Below, one piece after another: positions 1 to 9,124 of a stretch of 56,287 bases of DNA. The notes under the pieces are model-generated. The model did not search any database. It had not been told where the DNA came from and was given only the letters and a program-made list of their open reading frames with translations. The position numbers were made by a program, and so were the translations under genes. The stretch's first letter is position 1, and every line of letters begins with the position of its first letter. Origin of the DNA: a candidate division WOR-3 bacterium (GTDB lineage: Bacteria; Hydrothermota; Hydrothermia; LBFQ01; DSFT01); NCBI GenBank assembly GCA_026986535.1, contig JALSOK010000030.1:1-56287 (forward strand), in the 5' to 3' direction.

Positions 1-384
1 TACCAGTAGGCCAGAAGTCAGAAGGATGTTTATCTCGAGGGGTTAGGTGTGGAAAATGGTTCAGGGATTTGAAGATGTCCTGGAGAGATTCCCTCCCTGC
101 AGGTGTGCTTATGAGGGATAGGCTCTTTTTCAGTGATGGGCAATACAGCAGGTTTGCCCCGTGTACATTCTCTCATGGAAAGATAGAACTCTTTTGCTTT
201 CCCTCCTCCCACGACAGTTGCTTGCCCCTCTAAATAGCAATTTCTAAATTTTTATCAGAAAGTGGGTTCTTCGGAGGATTGAGAGGATGGGCCTTTTACC
301 TCATTGGAAAGTTTTCCGGGGTTGAATGTAATCAATATGCCGGGTGATGTGCTTCATGGATAAAAACCAGGGGCTTCGAACCTT

Positions 385-390
385 TAAACT
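385..390 (+). promoter_or_regulatory. -10-like box TAAACT, 8 nt upstream of the HIT gene ATG
   Basis: Reads CCTTTAAACT-TTTAGCCC-ATG, with no SD in between. Confidence 0.4.
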
Positions 391-398
391 TTTAGCCC

Positions 399-734
399 AT
401 GCAGAAGGATTGCATATTCTGCAAAATCGTGGCGGGAGAAATTCCTTCGGATAAGGTACTGGAGACGGAGCACTGCATAGTGATAAAGGATATCAATCCT
501 CAGGCTCCCATTCATCTTCTGGTGATAACGAAGGAGCACCTGGACGACATAACCCGGATAGAGGACAGGGAAATTGCGGCCGATATCATAGGGGCGATAA
601 ATAAAGTGGCCAGGGAGCTGAACCTGAAGGATTTCAGGGTGGTGAACAACAGGGGAAGGGGGGCCGGCCAGAGCGTGTTCCATGTGCATTTCCACATTCT
701 GGCGGGCAGACCATTTTCGTGGCCACCGGGATAG
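399..734 (+). CDS. HIT-family (histidine triad) nucleotide hydrolase/transferase
   Basis: 111-aa ORF. It has the canonical histidine-triad motif SVFHVHFHIL near the C-terminus and an N-terminal CIFCKI zinc-like motif typical of Hint proteins. Confidence 0.9.
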   Translation: MQKDCIFCKIVAGEIPSDKVLETEHCIVIKDINPQAPIHLLVITKEHLDDITRIEDREIAADIIGAINKVARELNLKDFRVVNNRGRGAGQSVFHVHFHILAGRPFSWPPG

Positions 735-760
735 AAAAAACTTCAAGGGGGTGATTCTTA

Positions 761-967
761 ATGACCGGAGTAAGGCTGAGAGAGGGAGAGACCTTCGAGA
801 GCCTCCTCAAGAGGTTCAGGAAGGTGGTAATGCGGGACGGGATTCTCCAGGATTACAAGAGGCACATGGTGTATGAAAAGCCCTCCGAGAGGAGGAAGAA
901 GGCCCGCATTGCCGCCCGCAGAAGGTGGCTCCGCAAGCTGAGGAGGCTCCAGGAAGAGCTGAGATGA
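761..967 (+). CDS. rpsU: 30S ribosomal protein S21
   Basis: 68-aa very basic ORF with the typical S21 pattern (ESLLKRFRK...KRHMVYEKPSERRKK). An SD-like AAGGGGGTGA lies upstream. Confidence 0.9.
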   Translation: MTGVRLREGETFESLLKRFRKVVMRDGILQDYKRHMVYEKPSERRKKARIAARRRWLRKLRRLQEELR

Positions 968-2889
968 TTCTGAAGGAGTTCGAATCCGTAAAATCCATCA
1001 TAAAATCCTATGCCAGGACGAGGGGCGGGAGGGAGAAGATAACCCGCCTCTCCCCAAAGGAAAACCCCTCCTTCGTGCACCTGAAGGGCCTCATATATGT
1101 GTTGGAGGAACTGGAAATCAATCTGGATGTCTGGGATGTGGAGGATATCCAGTCCATACTGACCTCCATCCGTTCGGGGACACTGATGGAACCCGCCCTG
1201 CTGTACAGGGTGGTAGAGCTGATAGACCTGGCATCCCGCGTTTACGAGAAGATCATCGACACACCCCTCCAGGATCTCATGCCTGACCCCCGTCTGGTGG
1301 AGTATATGAAGGGGGAAATCCTGTCCCGCATCGACAGGAATGGACAGGTGAAGGATACTGCATCCGAAACCCTCAGGAGGATAAGGGAGCAGAGGCGGAA
1401 AGTAAGAAAGGAACTCCTGGAACTCTACGACATACTGCTCGATAGATACGACAGGAAGGGGTATCTGCGGGAGAGAAATGTGGTTCTCAAGGGGGGCAGG
1501 ATGGTGCTTCCGGTCTATTCCCATGTTCAGATGGAGGGAATCATCCACGGATATTCCAAAACCACGGAGACCATATTCATCGAGCCCATGGAAGTGGTGC
1601 CCCTTCAGAACAGATACATCCGACTGGAAGATGAGGAGAGGGAGGAGGTGCGGAGGATTCTGTCGGAACTGGTGGAGAGACTGTCCAGGAATGCCGATTA
1701 TATGCTGGCCATGTACGATGCCATTTCCTATATCGATTCCCTCCTGGCCCGCTATCACTTCATGAGGGATTACAGGGGCACGATTCCGCACTTCAACGAC
1801 AGAGAGATTATAGAGATAGAGGAGGCCCGCCATCCCCTCTTGATTCAGGTGAAGGGGCTGGATGATGTGGTGCCCCTCTCTCTGAGAATACAGGAGAAGA
1901 AGGGACTTCTGATATCGGGGCCCAATGCGGGGGGAAAGACCGTTGCCCTGAAGACCATAGCCCTCGTATTTCTCATGGCCAAGAGCGAAATACCCGTTAT
2001 CGCTTCCGGGGCGAACATATTTCTGCCGAAAAATCTCTTCGAGGCCGGCTTCGAGGATGAGCAGAATGTACAGGAAGGGATGTCCAGCTTTACCTCCTAT
2101 CTGCATCGCATAAAGGAGGTTCTGGAGAGGGGGGAGAGGGGAGACATCGTTTTCTTCGACGAACTCCTCTCGTCCACTGACCCCTACGAGGCTTCGGCCC
2201 TTGCATTTGCCGTTATAGAAACCCTCGTGGAGAGGGGAATGTATGTTTTTGCCAATACCCACCTGTCTCCCCTCAAAATGCTGTGCGAAAGATATGGAAG
2301 GATCGAGGTGGGTTCCATGCAGTTCGATATGACCACAGCCACGCCCACCTACAGGCTGGTTCTGGGGAAATCCGGAGAGAGCTTCGCTCTCCTCACTGCC
2401 CGCCGGGTGGGAATACCCGAATACATAATCGAAAAGGCGCGGAAGTACCTGGGGGATATAGAGGGGGAGGTCAGGAGCCTGAAGGAGCGCCTCAGGATGG
2501 AGCTGTCTCTGCTCGAGAGGCAGAGGAAGGAGCTGGAGGAGAAGGAGATGGAGCTGAAGCGGAAGGAGAGGAGCATCATAGACAATGCAACCCTGAGAGC
2601 GCAGCGCATAATAGAGGAGGCCCGCAGGGAGGTGGACCGCCTCTATAAGGAAATCCGGAAGGCTTCACCGAAAGAGAAATTGAAGGTGGTTCAGGATGTG
2701 AAGAGGGCCCTCAGACAGTCAGCTCCACAGCTGGAGGAGGTGGAGGAGGTTGAGGTGGGGAAGAAGTACTACATGCTACCGTTCGGGGTTATGGTGGAGG
2801 TGAAGGAGGTCAGAGGAAAAAAGGCCATAGTGCTCCTGCACGGCAGGGAGATAGAGATCCCCATAAAGAATCTCAGGAAGAAGGTTTAG
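964..2889 (+). CDS. mutS2: MutS2-family ATPase (endonuclease MutS2 / ribosome-rescue RqcU type) lacking the C-terminal Smr domain
   Basis: Walker A LISGPNAGGKTVALKT, MutS domain V motifs (FFDELLSSTDP, THL), a long coiled coil and a KOW-like end. ATG 964 overlaps the rpsU stop (ATGA). The ORF track begins at 925, but 964 (MILKEFE) fits MutS2 N-termini. Confidence 0.85.
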   Translation: MILKEFESVKSIIKSYARTRGGREKITRLSPKENPSFVHLKGLIYVLEELEINLDVWDVEDIQSILTSIRSGTLMEPALLYRVVELIDLASRVYEKIIDTPLQDLMPDPRLVEYMKGEILSRIDRNGQVKDTASETLRRIREQRRKVRKELLELYDILLDRYDRKGYLRERNVVLKGGRMVLPVYSHVQMEGIIHGYSKTTETIFIEPMEVVPLQNRYIRLEDEEREEVRRILSELVERLSRNADYMLAMYDAISYIDSLLARYHFMRDYRGTIPHFNDREIIEIEEARHPLLIQVKGLDDVVPLSLRIQEKKGLLISGPNAGGKTVALKTIALVFLMAKSEIPVIASGANIFLPKNLFEAGFEDEQNVQEGMSSFTSYLHRIKEVLERGERGDIVFFDELLSSTDPYEASALAFAVIETLVERGMYVFANTHLSPLKMLCERYGRIEVGSMQFDMTTATPTYRLVLGKSGESFALLTARRVGIPEYIIEKARKYLGDIEGEVRSLKERLRMELSLLERQRKELEEKEMELKRKERSIIDNATLRAQRIIEEARREVDRLYKEIRKASPKEKLKVVQDVKRALRQSAPQLEEVEEVEVGKKYYMLPFGVMVEVKEVRGKKAIVLLHGREIEIPIKNLRKKV

Positions 2890-5639
2890 CGTCCTGCGAC
2901 TGTAAGGACGAATCCTCCCCAGTACACGGGCGAACTGAGGCCCGTATTACGAAGGATATACAGCTGTGCCTTCTTCAGGGCCCTGTCCACGGTTTCTCCG
3001 CGGGCCAGATAGCCATACATTCTTTTCATGAGCAGGTAGGAAGCGAAATCGTTCAGGTCCCACAGGGTGCTTATAACGCATCTGGCGCCGGTATATACGA
3101 ATCCCCTCGTCAGGTTGAAGAGACCTTCCCAGTCGTTTATGAATTTCCCCAGCCCGGTTCTGCATCCGCTCAGAACCACGAGATTCTTTACTCTCAGGCG
3201 GGAGTATATCTCCCCGAGCCTCAAAATATTGTCCCTGGAGGGGAGAGTGTCTTTACTGGGTCCCAGGACTATCATACTGCTCGAATCCACAATTGCATGG
3301 GTTGCAAAGTGAATTACGGGAAACCTGGACGGATCCATTTCGTAAATCTTTTCTTCGGACACCTCGCTTCCGGTCAGGGCGATGCCTCCAATAGAAAGGG
3401 CGACGGCTCTGGCTTCCTCCTCCGCATATCTCAGGTTTCCTATTTTCCTTCTGGTGAGGATTTCATTTTTCCCATAATCGTTCCTCCCTACGGCGAGGGC
3501 GGGACCCTTTACCCGGCAGGGCTTCCCGAAGTTCCACAGGGAGAATACCCTGTATATAGAATAGGGCTTTTCCACCAGGAACTCTTTTCCGTCGTACAGA
3601 ATAGCAAAGGGCAGTTGTGTCAGGATTCCATGGGGAGATATGGCCAGAGCCCTGTATCCGGCCAGAAAGGTATCGAAGGGTTCTATCAGAATCCTCCACA
3701 GGAGCATGGAAATCTTCCTGCTGGTGGAAGGACTGGACAGGAGATGGTTCACGAGCCCCTCCAGGCTGTCTGCGGGAATATCTATGGAGAGGGTTATCGT
3801 ATCTCTTCGAGTAATCAGATACTCTGTGAGTTTCTCCCTTCCGACCACATATCCCAGGAGGGCCGTTCCTTCGGGCAAAATTCCCGCCTTCTTCGCAAAG
3901 GACCTTCTCCTCTCCACCATGTGGGCGAATATTCGCTTTTCCATGAGGAGGAGGCTGTCGTAGGGCAGACCCATATCTATCATGGCATAGAGCTTTCTGG
4001 TAAGGCTGTCCATCACCGGGTCGCTGGACCAGTTTATTTCCTCCGACAGGAGTTTCGCTTTCAGCAGTTCGCTGATTCTTACAGGGCCCGATTTCAGACC
4101 CCGGCTTATCAGAAGGGGCAGCAGTTTCTCCCAGCGCCTCTGGAGTTTCTGATAGTAATTCTTCCTGCTTATGCTGGTCATGCTGGAGCCCATGAGGAGC
4201 CTAATCTCTATGGTGTCCATAATGCTGGATGCCCGCTCGTACTCTCCCCTCAGTGCGTACAGCTTCAGTTTGTGCATCAGAATGAAAGTGGTATGGGTGA
4301 ACTGCTTCTGGGCCATATTCAGCCAGTACAGGGCAGAGTCATGGTCTTCCAGAATCTCGTATGCTATTACTTTCCCGATAATGTACCACCCGGGCAGGTC
4401 GGGGTAGTAGGCATCCACCGTCTGGAGGCTGTCCAGGGAAGCTCTTGCCACCAGTTTTGCCCGGGCTGTATCGCCCACACGCAGGTAGTACTGGGCCCTT
4501 CCTATCATGTCATCAAATACAATCCAGTCGAACTTTCCGCCCCTCGTTTTCTTTCTTATTCTCACAATCTGCCTGTGGAGGGCAAGGGCGCTGTCCATCA
4601 TTCCAAGCCTCAGCATCCTGTTGTATATGTTGGCCATTACATTTGCCACCCCCTCGTTGTCCGTGCCGAAGATTTCCAGGTGAAACTTCAGGCTCCTTCT
4701 GAGGATTTCGAGGGCAATGGAGTCGTTTTCCTCCGATAGCCCCACATTGTTCAGGATGATGGGATAGCTCAATCCCCACTTCTTCCTGATTCTTTTCATT
4801 GAATCGGCTATGGAAAGGGCTTTTTTGTAATACACATATCCCACCCTGTGGTCGCTGTAAAAGTAGGAGGTGATATCGCCCACAAATGTGTAGTAGTGGA
4901 ATTTCATGAAGGGGTCATCTATTTGTCCCAGGGAGTCCATTATCATGGTGGCATGGTAGAGGGATGTGAGGGGCAATCCCTTCTTCATGTAGTACAGGGC
5001 AAGGGACATGTGGATGTCGCTTCTAATATAGGGATCCGGATGCCGGGAGAGGGACTTCAGGGCCCTTTCGTAGGTGCTGTCCAGCGGCCTTACCGGTATA
5101 TAGGTCATTACAACCGGGAAAAATGCGGTGTCCACTACCGTGTGGAATCCTCTGAAGGCGATGGGCAGGGGATGCCTGGACCTTATGTTTTTGCTTGCGA
5201 GGGCTTTATCGAGCGGGAGAAAGCTTTCAGTGGGCACGGAGGGATAGGTGTTTTTCATCAGGTTTCCCGATGCGATATGGGTGTATGGCTCTATGGGCGT
5301 GTCCTTTCCCGCCTCCCTTATCTCCCGGGCAAGCCGGATGAGGAAATCTTTGCGGTTCTTCAGGAGCTGAACATCGAAGTCCAGTATGATCCGGTAAAGC
5401 AACTGCCCGTACAGGGCCCTCAGGTACGCCTTCCAGAGGGGCAGATTCTTATCCTTTATGATTTCGTATGCCCTTTCCAGCAGAGCCCGCGCCGAGTCTT
5501 CCATCTGTTGCTCCATGAGGCGGGGAATATCGTTTACATACCTGTAGGAGAGGATGCATGCACTGTCTCCCCGCTCGATGCATGAGAGGATACCATCATC
5601 CACATATACCGGAGAGTGCAGCAGGAAAAACGGGAGCAT
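2886..5639 (-). CDS. TPR-repeat protein with C-terminal CHAT (caspase-like) protease domain
   Basis: 917 aa. The N-terminal two thirds are helical and repeat-rich (TPR-like: ALYYMKKG, YYKKALSIAD, AQYYLRVGDTARA). The C-terminus has the CHAT His/Cys dyad context VIHFATHA and VVLSGCRTG. Confidence 0.85.
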   Translation of the reverse strand: MLPFFLLHSPVYVDDGILSCIERGDSACILSYRYVNDIPRLMEQQMEDSARALLERAYEIIKDKNLPLWKAYLRALYGQLLYRIILDFDVQLLKNRKDFLIRLAREIREAGKDTPIEPYTHIASGNLMKNTYPSVPTESFLPLDKALASKNIRSRHPLPIAFRGFHTVVDTAFFPVVMTYIPVRPLDSTYERALKSLSRHPDPYIRSDIHMSLALYYMKKGLPLTSLYHATMIMDSLGQIDDPFMKFHYYTFVGDITSYFYSDHRVGYVYYKKALSIADSMKRIRKKWGLSYPIILNNVGLSEENDSIALEILRRSLKFHLEIFGTDNEGVANVMANIYNRMLRLGMMDSALALHRQIVRIRKKTRGGKFDWIVFDDMIGRAQYYLRVGDTARAKLVARASLDSLQTVDAYYPDLPGWYIIGKVIAYEILEDHDSALYWLNMAQKQFTHTTFILMHKLKLYALRGEYERASSIMDTIEIRLLMGSSMTSISRKNYYQKLQRRWEKLLPLLISRGLKSGPVRISELLKAKLLSEEINWSSDPVMDSLTRKLYAMIDMGLPYDSLLLMEKRIFAHMVERRRSFAKKAGILPEGTALLGYVVGREKLTEYLITRRDTITLSIDIPADSLEGLVNHLLSSPSTSRKISMLLWRILIEPFDTFLAGYRALAISPHGILTQLPFAILYDGKEFLVEKPYSIYRVFSLWNFGKPCRVKGPALAVGRNDYGKNEILTRRKIGNLRYAEEEARAVALSIGGIALTGSEVSEEKIYEMDPSRFPVIHFATHAIVDSSSMIVLGPSKDTLPSRDNILRLGEIYSRLRVKNLVVLSGCRTGLGKFINDWEGLFNLTRGFVYTGARCVISTLWDLNDFASYLLMKRMYGYLARGETVDRALKKAQLYILRNTGLSSPVYWGGFVLTVAGR

Positions 5640-5694
5640 ACTGATATTTAATTTTACAGGCGGGGAGAGGAGTCCCCGCAGCCGGTTTATCCGA

Positions 5695-6777
5695 TTACTT
5701 CCACCTCTTTTCCATTATCTGATCCGCCAGAATGTAGGGGCTCGTGTTCTTTTCTATGGACAGGGGTATGATTTCGTCCAGGTTCTTCCACACATTCTCT
5801 TTTGTCTTTTCTATGGCTATCTCCTTTGCCCTGTCCTTCGAGTCTATCTTGCCCTGCCTGTGCTCGTATTCGTAGTACACCAGCGTCAATCCCCCCAGGT
5901 TTATGGCGTAGTCGGGAGCATACAGGATTCCCCTTTCGTGGAGCCTCTGGGCCACATGTCTGTTCTCCACCTGATTGTTGGCGGCCCCTGCCACCACCTT
6001 CGCCTTTATCTTGTCCACTGTCTCATGGTTGATGACCTTCCCCAGAGCATTGGGGGAGAAGATGTCCACTTCCACATCGAACACATCGTCGGGCTGTACA
6101 TATTCCGCATCGGGATACTTCTCGCGCGCCATGTCTATCTTCTTCTGGCTCACATCCGTGTACAGGAGCCTGTAGCCCCTTTCGTTCAGAAACTCCATCA
6201 GGTACCATCCCACCTTACCGAGTCCCTGCACCAGGACGCTTATCTCCCCCGGGTCCTTCTTGAAGTGATTTTCGGTGAACCATCTGATGGCTTCCGCAAT
6301 ACCTATTGCGGTAACGGGGGAGGGGTCTCCCAGACCTCCCTGCTCCTCCGGAAGGCCCACCACATGGGAAGTCCTCTCGTACACATATACCATGTCGTCG
6401 GTGGTGGTTCCCACATCCTCTGCCGTTATGTACCTGCCCTGCAGGGACTCGACGAAGTCCCCGAAGCTGTGGAAAAGATTCCTGCGCACACCCGGAATGG
6501 GCTCGTAAAAGTCCCTTATGATAACGGATTTGCCCCCTCCGAGGGGGAGGTTGGCCGCTGCCGCCTTGTAGGTCATGCCCCTCGAGAGCCTCAGGGCATC
6601 CTCCAGAGCGAGCATCTGCTTTGCGGGATGGTTGTCGTAATGGAAGAACCTGCACCCGCCCAGGGCGGGACCCCTGTTGGTGTTGTGGATGGCTATTATG
6701 GCCACATAGCCACCGTATAACTCCTTAACATAGACTTTTTCCCATCCGTGTATGTCCAGCTCTTTAACATCAGACAT
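5695..6777 (-). CDS. Leucine (Leu/Val/Phe) dehydrogenase, Glu/Leu/Phe/Val dehydrogenase family
   Basis: Motifs AIIAIHNTNRGPALGGCRF, LPLGGGKSVI and Rossmann VLVQGLGKVG. I chose ATG 6777 (MSDVKEL) because GGAGG lies 7 nt upstream; the track ORF extends to 6795. Confidence 0.85.
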   Translation of the reverse strand: MSDVKELDIHGWEKVYVKELYGGYVAIIAIHNTNRGPALGGCRFFHYDNHPAKQMLALEDALRLSRGMTYKAAAANLPLGGGKSVIIRDFYEPIPGVRRNLFHSFGDFVESLQGRYITAEDVGTTTDDMVYVYERTSHVVGLPEEQGGLGDPSPVTAIGIAEAIRWFTENHFKKDPGEISVLVQGLGKVGWYLMEFLNERGYRLLYTDVSQKKIDMAREKYPDAEYVQPDDVFDVEVDIFSPNALGKVINHETVDKIKAKVVAGAANNQVENRHVAQRLHERGILYAPDYAINLGGLTLVYYEYEHRQGKIDSKDRAKEIAIEKTKENVWKNLDEIIPLSIEKNTSPYILADQIMEKRWK

Positions 6778-7462
6778 AATCGACCTCCTTTTCACTTGCT
6801 GTCAGCACATCATTTAGGGGGTGTTCCCGAAATTCCCTTTCGAATACCCGGCCAAAATGCTTTATCACAAGTTCTCTGACCATCTGCATGTCGTCCATTC
6901 CCCTCTGTTCGAATATGCTGGTGATTCCTTTTCCCCTCAGGCCGCATGGGACGATGTACTGGAAGTGCTCCTTTATGGGATTTACATACAGGGCGAATCC
7001 GTGGAATGTGGTCCAGTGGCTCACCGCCACCCCTATGGCGCATATCTTATCGTTGCCCACCCACACGCCCGTATAGCCCTCCTTCACCTCTGCCTCTATG
7101 CCGAGCTCCTGAAGAACTCCAAGAATCGCCCTCTCTATCTTTCTGACGAAGGGTCTTACCTCATCCAGCCCCCCTATGCGGAAGAACATGTATCCCATCA
7201 GCTGTCCCGGACCGTGGTAGGTTACATCCCCTCCCCTCTCCACCTCGAACACCTCTATCCCCTCCCCCTTCAGGTAATCGAAGGATACCAGAATGTTCTC
7301 CCTGTGCCCCTTCCTTCCCAGGGTTATGACGGGATCGTGTTCCAGCAGCCAGAGGGTGTCGGGAATGAATCCCTTTGCTCTGAGGGTGTGGAGTTTTCTC
7401 TGAATCTCCCATGCTTTAGCGTAGGGAACCCTTCCCGAATTTATGACCACCCCCCTTTCCAT
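6770..7462 (-). CDS. lipB: Octanoyltransferase (lipoyl(octanoyl) transferase) LipB
   Basis: LipB motifs RGGDVTYHGPGQL, KICAIGV and PCGL. There are two adjacent ATGs (7465 and 7462). The second sits 7 nt from a TAAAAT box. Confidence 0.9.
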   Translation of the reverse strand: MERGVVINSGRVPYAKAWEIQRKLHTLRAKGFIPDTLWLLEHDPVITLGRKGHRENILVSFDYLKGEGIEVFEVERGGDVTYHGPGQLMGYMFFRIGGLDEVRPFVRKIERAILGVLQELGIEAEVKEGYTGVWVGNDKICAIGVAVSHWTTFHGFALYVNPIKEHFQYIVPCGLRGKGITSIFEQRGMDDMQMVRELVIKHFGRVFEREFREHPLNDVLTASEKEVDYV

Positions 7463-7538
7463 CATCCAAATTTTAATGCCATCCCGGAAATTCCCTGTGC
7501 CGGTAAGGCGTGGAATTTGCGCAAATTTCCAAAACCTT

Positions 7539-7544
7539 TATAAT
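7539..7544 (+). promoter_or_regulatory. -10 box TATAAT, 7 nt upstream of the parA ATG (leaderless configuration)
   Basis: Reads CTTTATAAT-TTCGACT-ATG. Confidence 0.5.
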
Positions 7545-7551
7545 TTCGACT

Positions 7552-8328
7552 ATGTCGAAAATCGCTGTGGTTAATCAGAAGGGAGGCGTCGGAAAGACCA
7601 CCACAGTCGTCAATCTCTCTACAGCTTTCGCACAGCAGGGAAAGAGGGTTTTAGTGGTGGATGGAGATTCCCAGGCCAATGCCACCAGCGGATTCGGAAT
7701 AAATGCCCGCAAGATGCAGAACCTGTACCATGTCCTGATTGGTGAGGCCGATATAGACGATGTCATAGTGCATATAAAGGATGCGGGGGTTGATCTGGTC
7801 CCCTCTTCTCCGGATTTGATCGGTGTGGATGCGGAGATCAAGGACTTTGAGCACTGGGAGCTGTTCCTGAAGAACGCTCTGAAGAAGGTGGAGAGCAGAT
7901 ACGACTATATTTTTATAGATGCCCCCCCTTCCCTGGGAACCCTGACCATCCTCATTCTGGCTGCCGCCGATTCCGTCCTGATTCCCGTTCAGGCGGAGTA
8001 CTATGCTCTGGAGGGGGTGGCCCAGCTTCTGGAGACCATAACCCATGTGAGGAGGACCATAAACCCTTCTCTGAACTTGAAGGGGTTCCTTATAACGATG
8101 TTCGATAAGAGGACGAAGCTTGCGGAGCATGTGGAGGAGGAGATAAGGAGGATTTTCCCCAATCTGGTGTTCGATACGGTGATACCCAGGAGCGTCAGGC
8201 TGGCGGAGGCTCCCAGTTATGGACTTCCGGGGGTGATATATGACCCCACATCCTCGGGAGCGAAGGCCTATATGGAGCTGGCAAAGGAGATGTTGAGCCA
8301 TGAAGAGGAAGCAGCGGGGATTAGGTAG
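7552..8328 (+). CDS. parA: Chromosome partitioning ATPase ParA/Soj
   Basis: Deviant Walker A KIAVVNQKGGVGKTTT; ParA-type DSQANAT and IDAPPSLG motifs. Start at ATG 7552 (MSKIAV); the track ORF starts at 7510. Confidence 0.9.
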   Translation: MSKIAVVNQKGGVGKTTTVVNLSTAFAQQGKRVLVVDGDSQANATSGFGINARKMQNLYHVLIGEADIDDVIVHIKDAGVDLVPSSPDLIGVDAEIKDFEHWELFLKNALKKVESRYDYIFIDAPPSLGTLTILILAAADSVLIPVQAEYYALEGVAQLLETITHVRRTINPSLNLKGFLITMFDKRTKLAEHVEEEIRRIFPNLVFDTVIPRSVRLAEAPSYGLPGVIYDPTSSGAKAYMELAKEMLSHEEEAAGIR

Positions 8329-9124
8329 GGGGATTTCGGCCCTTCTGCCGGGAAGCGAGCTGGTGGAAGACTTTACGATGCTGGATATAGACCTCATCGA
8401 ATCCAATCCCTACCAGCCGAGGAAGCGCTTCTCGGAGGCAGAGCTGAGGGAGCTGGCCCTCTCCATAGAGAAGAACGGCGTTCTCCAGCCCATAATCGTT
8501 CGCCAGAAGCAGGATGGCAGGTACGAGATAGTTGCAGGGGAGCGCAGGTGGAGGGCGGCGCGAATTGCCGGACTGAAGAAGATTCCCGCCATAATAAAGG
8601 ACCTGGAGGATTCCGAGGTTCTCCAGATTGCCCTCATAGAGAATCTCCAGAGGCAGGACCTGGACCCCATCGAAGAGGCCCTCGCATACAGGGACCTCAT
8701 GGACAGGTTCGGTTTTACGCAGAATGAGATAGCCGACCTGGTGGGCAGGGACAGGGCGACGATTACCAACAGGCTACGCCTTCTCAACCTGAGCGAGGGG
8801 GTCATAAGGGCCCTCAGGGACGGCCTGATTACCGAGGGTCATGCCCGTGTCCTCCTGCGCATAGAGGACCCCGATGAGCAGGAGAGGATGTGCCGTATGG
8901 TTATAGAAAATGGCCTCTCGGTGCGGCAGCTGGAGAGGATGATTGCCCCGAAGGAAAGGAAGAGGACATCCGACGAGGAGTGGGTGTCGGAGGTTTCCCG
9001 CAGGATATTCGAGAAGGCCGGGCTCAGGGGTCAGATAAAGGCCACATCCAGGAAGGTAAAGGTTATACTGGATTTTAAGAGCAGGGAGGAGCTGGAGGAG
9101 TTTCTCAGGAGAATTGGTGTATGA
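8300..9124 (+). CDS. parB: Chromosome partitioning protein ParB/Spo0J
   Basis: ParB box motifs GLGRGISALL, NPYQPRK, LQPIIVR and VAGERRWRAA, followed by an HTH region. Confidence 0.9.
   Translation: MKRKQRGLGRGISALLPGSELVEDFTMLDIDLIESNPYQPRKRFSEAELRELALSIEKNGVLQPIIVRQKQDGRYEIVAGERRWRAARIAGLKKIPAIIKDLEDSEVLQIALIENLQRQDLDPIEEALAYRDLMDRFGFTQNEIADLVGRDRATITNRLRLLNLSEGVIRALRDGLITEGHARVLLRIEDPDEQERMCRMVIENGLSVRQLERMIAPKERKRTSDEEWVSEVSRRIFEKAGLRGQIKATSRKVKVILDFKSREELEEFLRRIGV

Noticed and set aside
30-212. A 60-aa minus-strand ORF (GTG start) with a C..HKHTC pattern lies at the left edge.
   Set aside because: It has no recognisable family, an odd composition and no convincing start context. I left the 1-398 region unannotated, apart from noting that a plus-strand gene may end at the TAG at 7-9.
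971-996. A T-loop-like GGAGTTCGAATCC suggested a possible tRNA or tmRNA 3' domain.
   Set aside because: It lies inside the well-supported mutS2 reading frame. It has no matching acceptor or anticodon arms and no CCA context.
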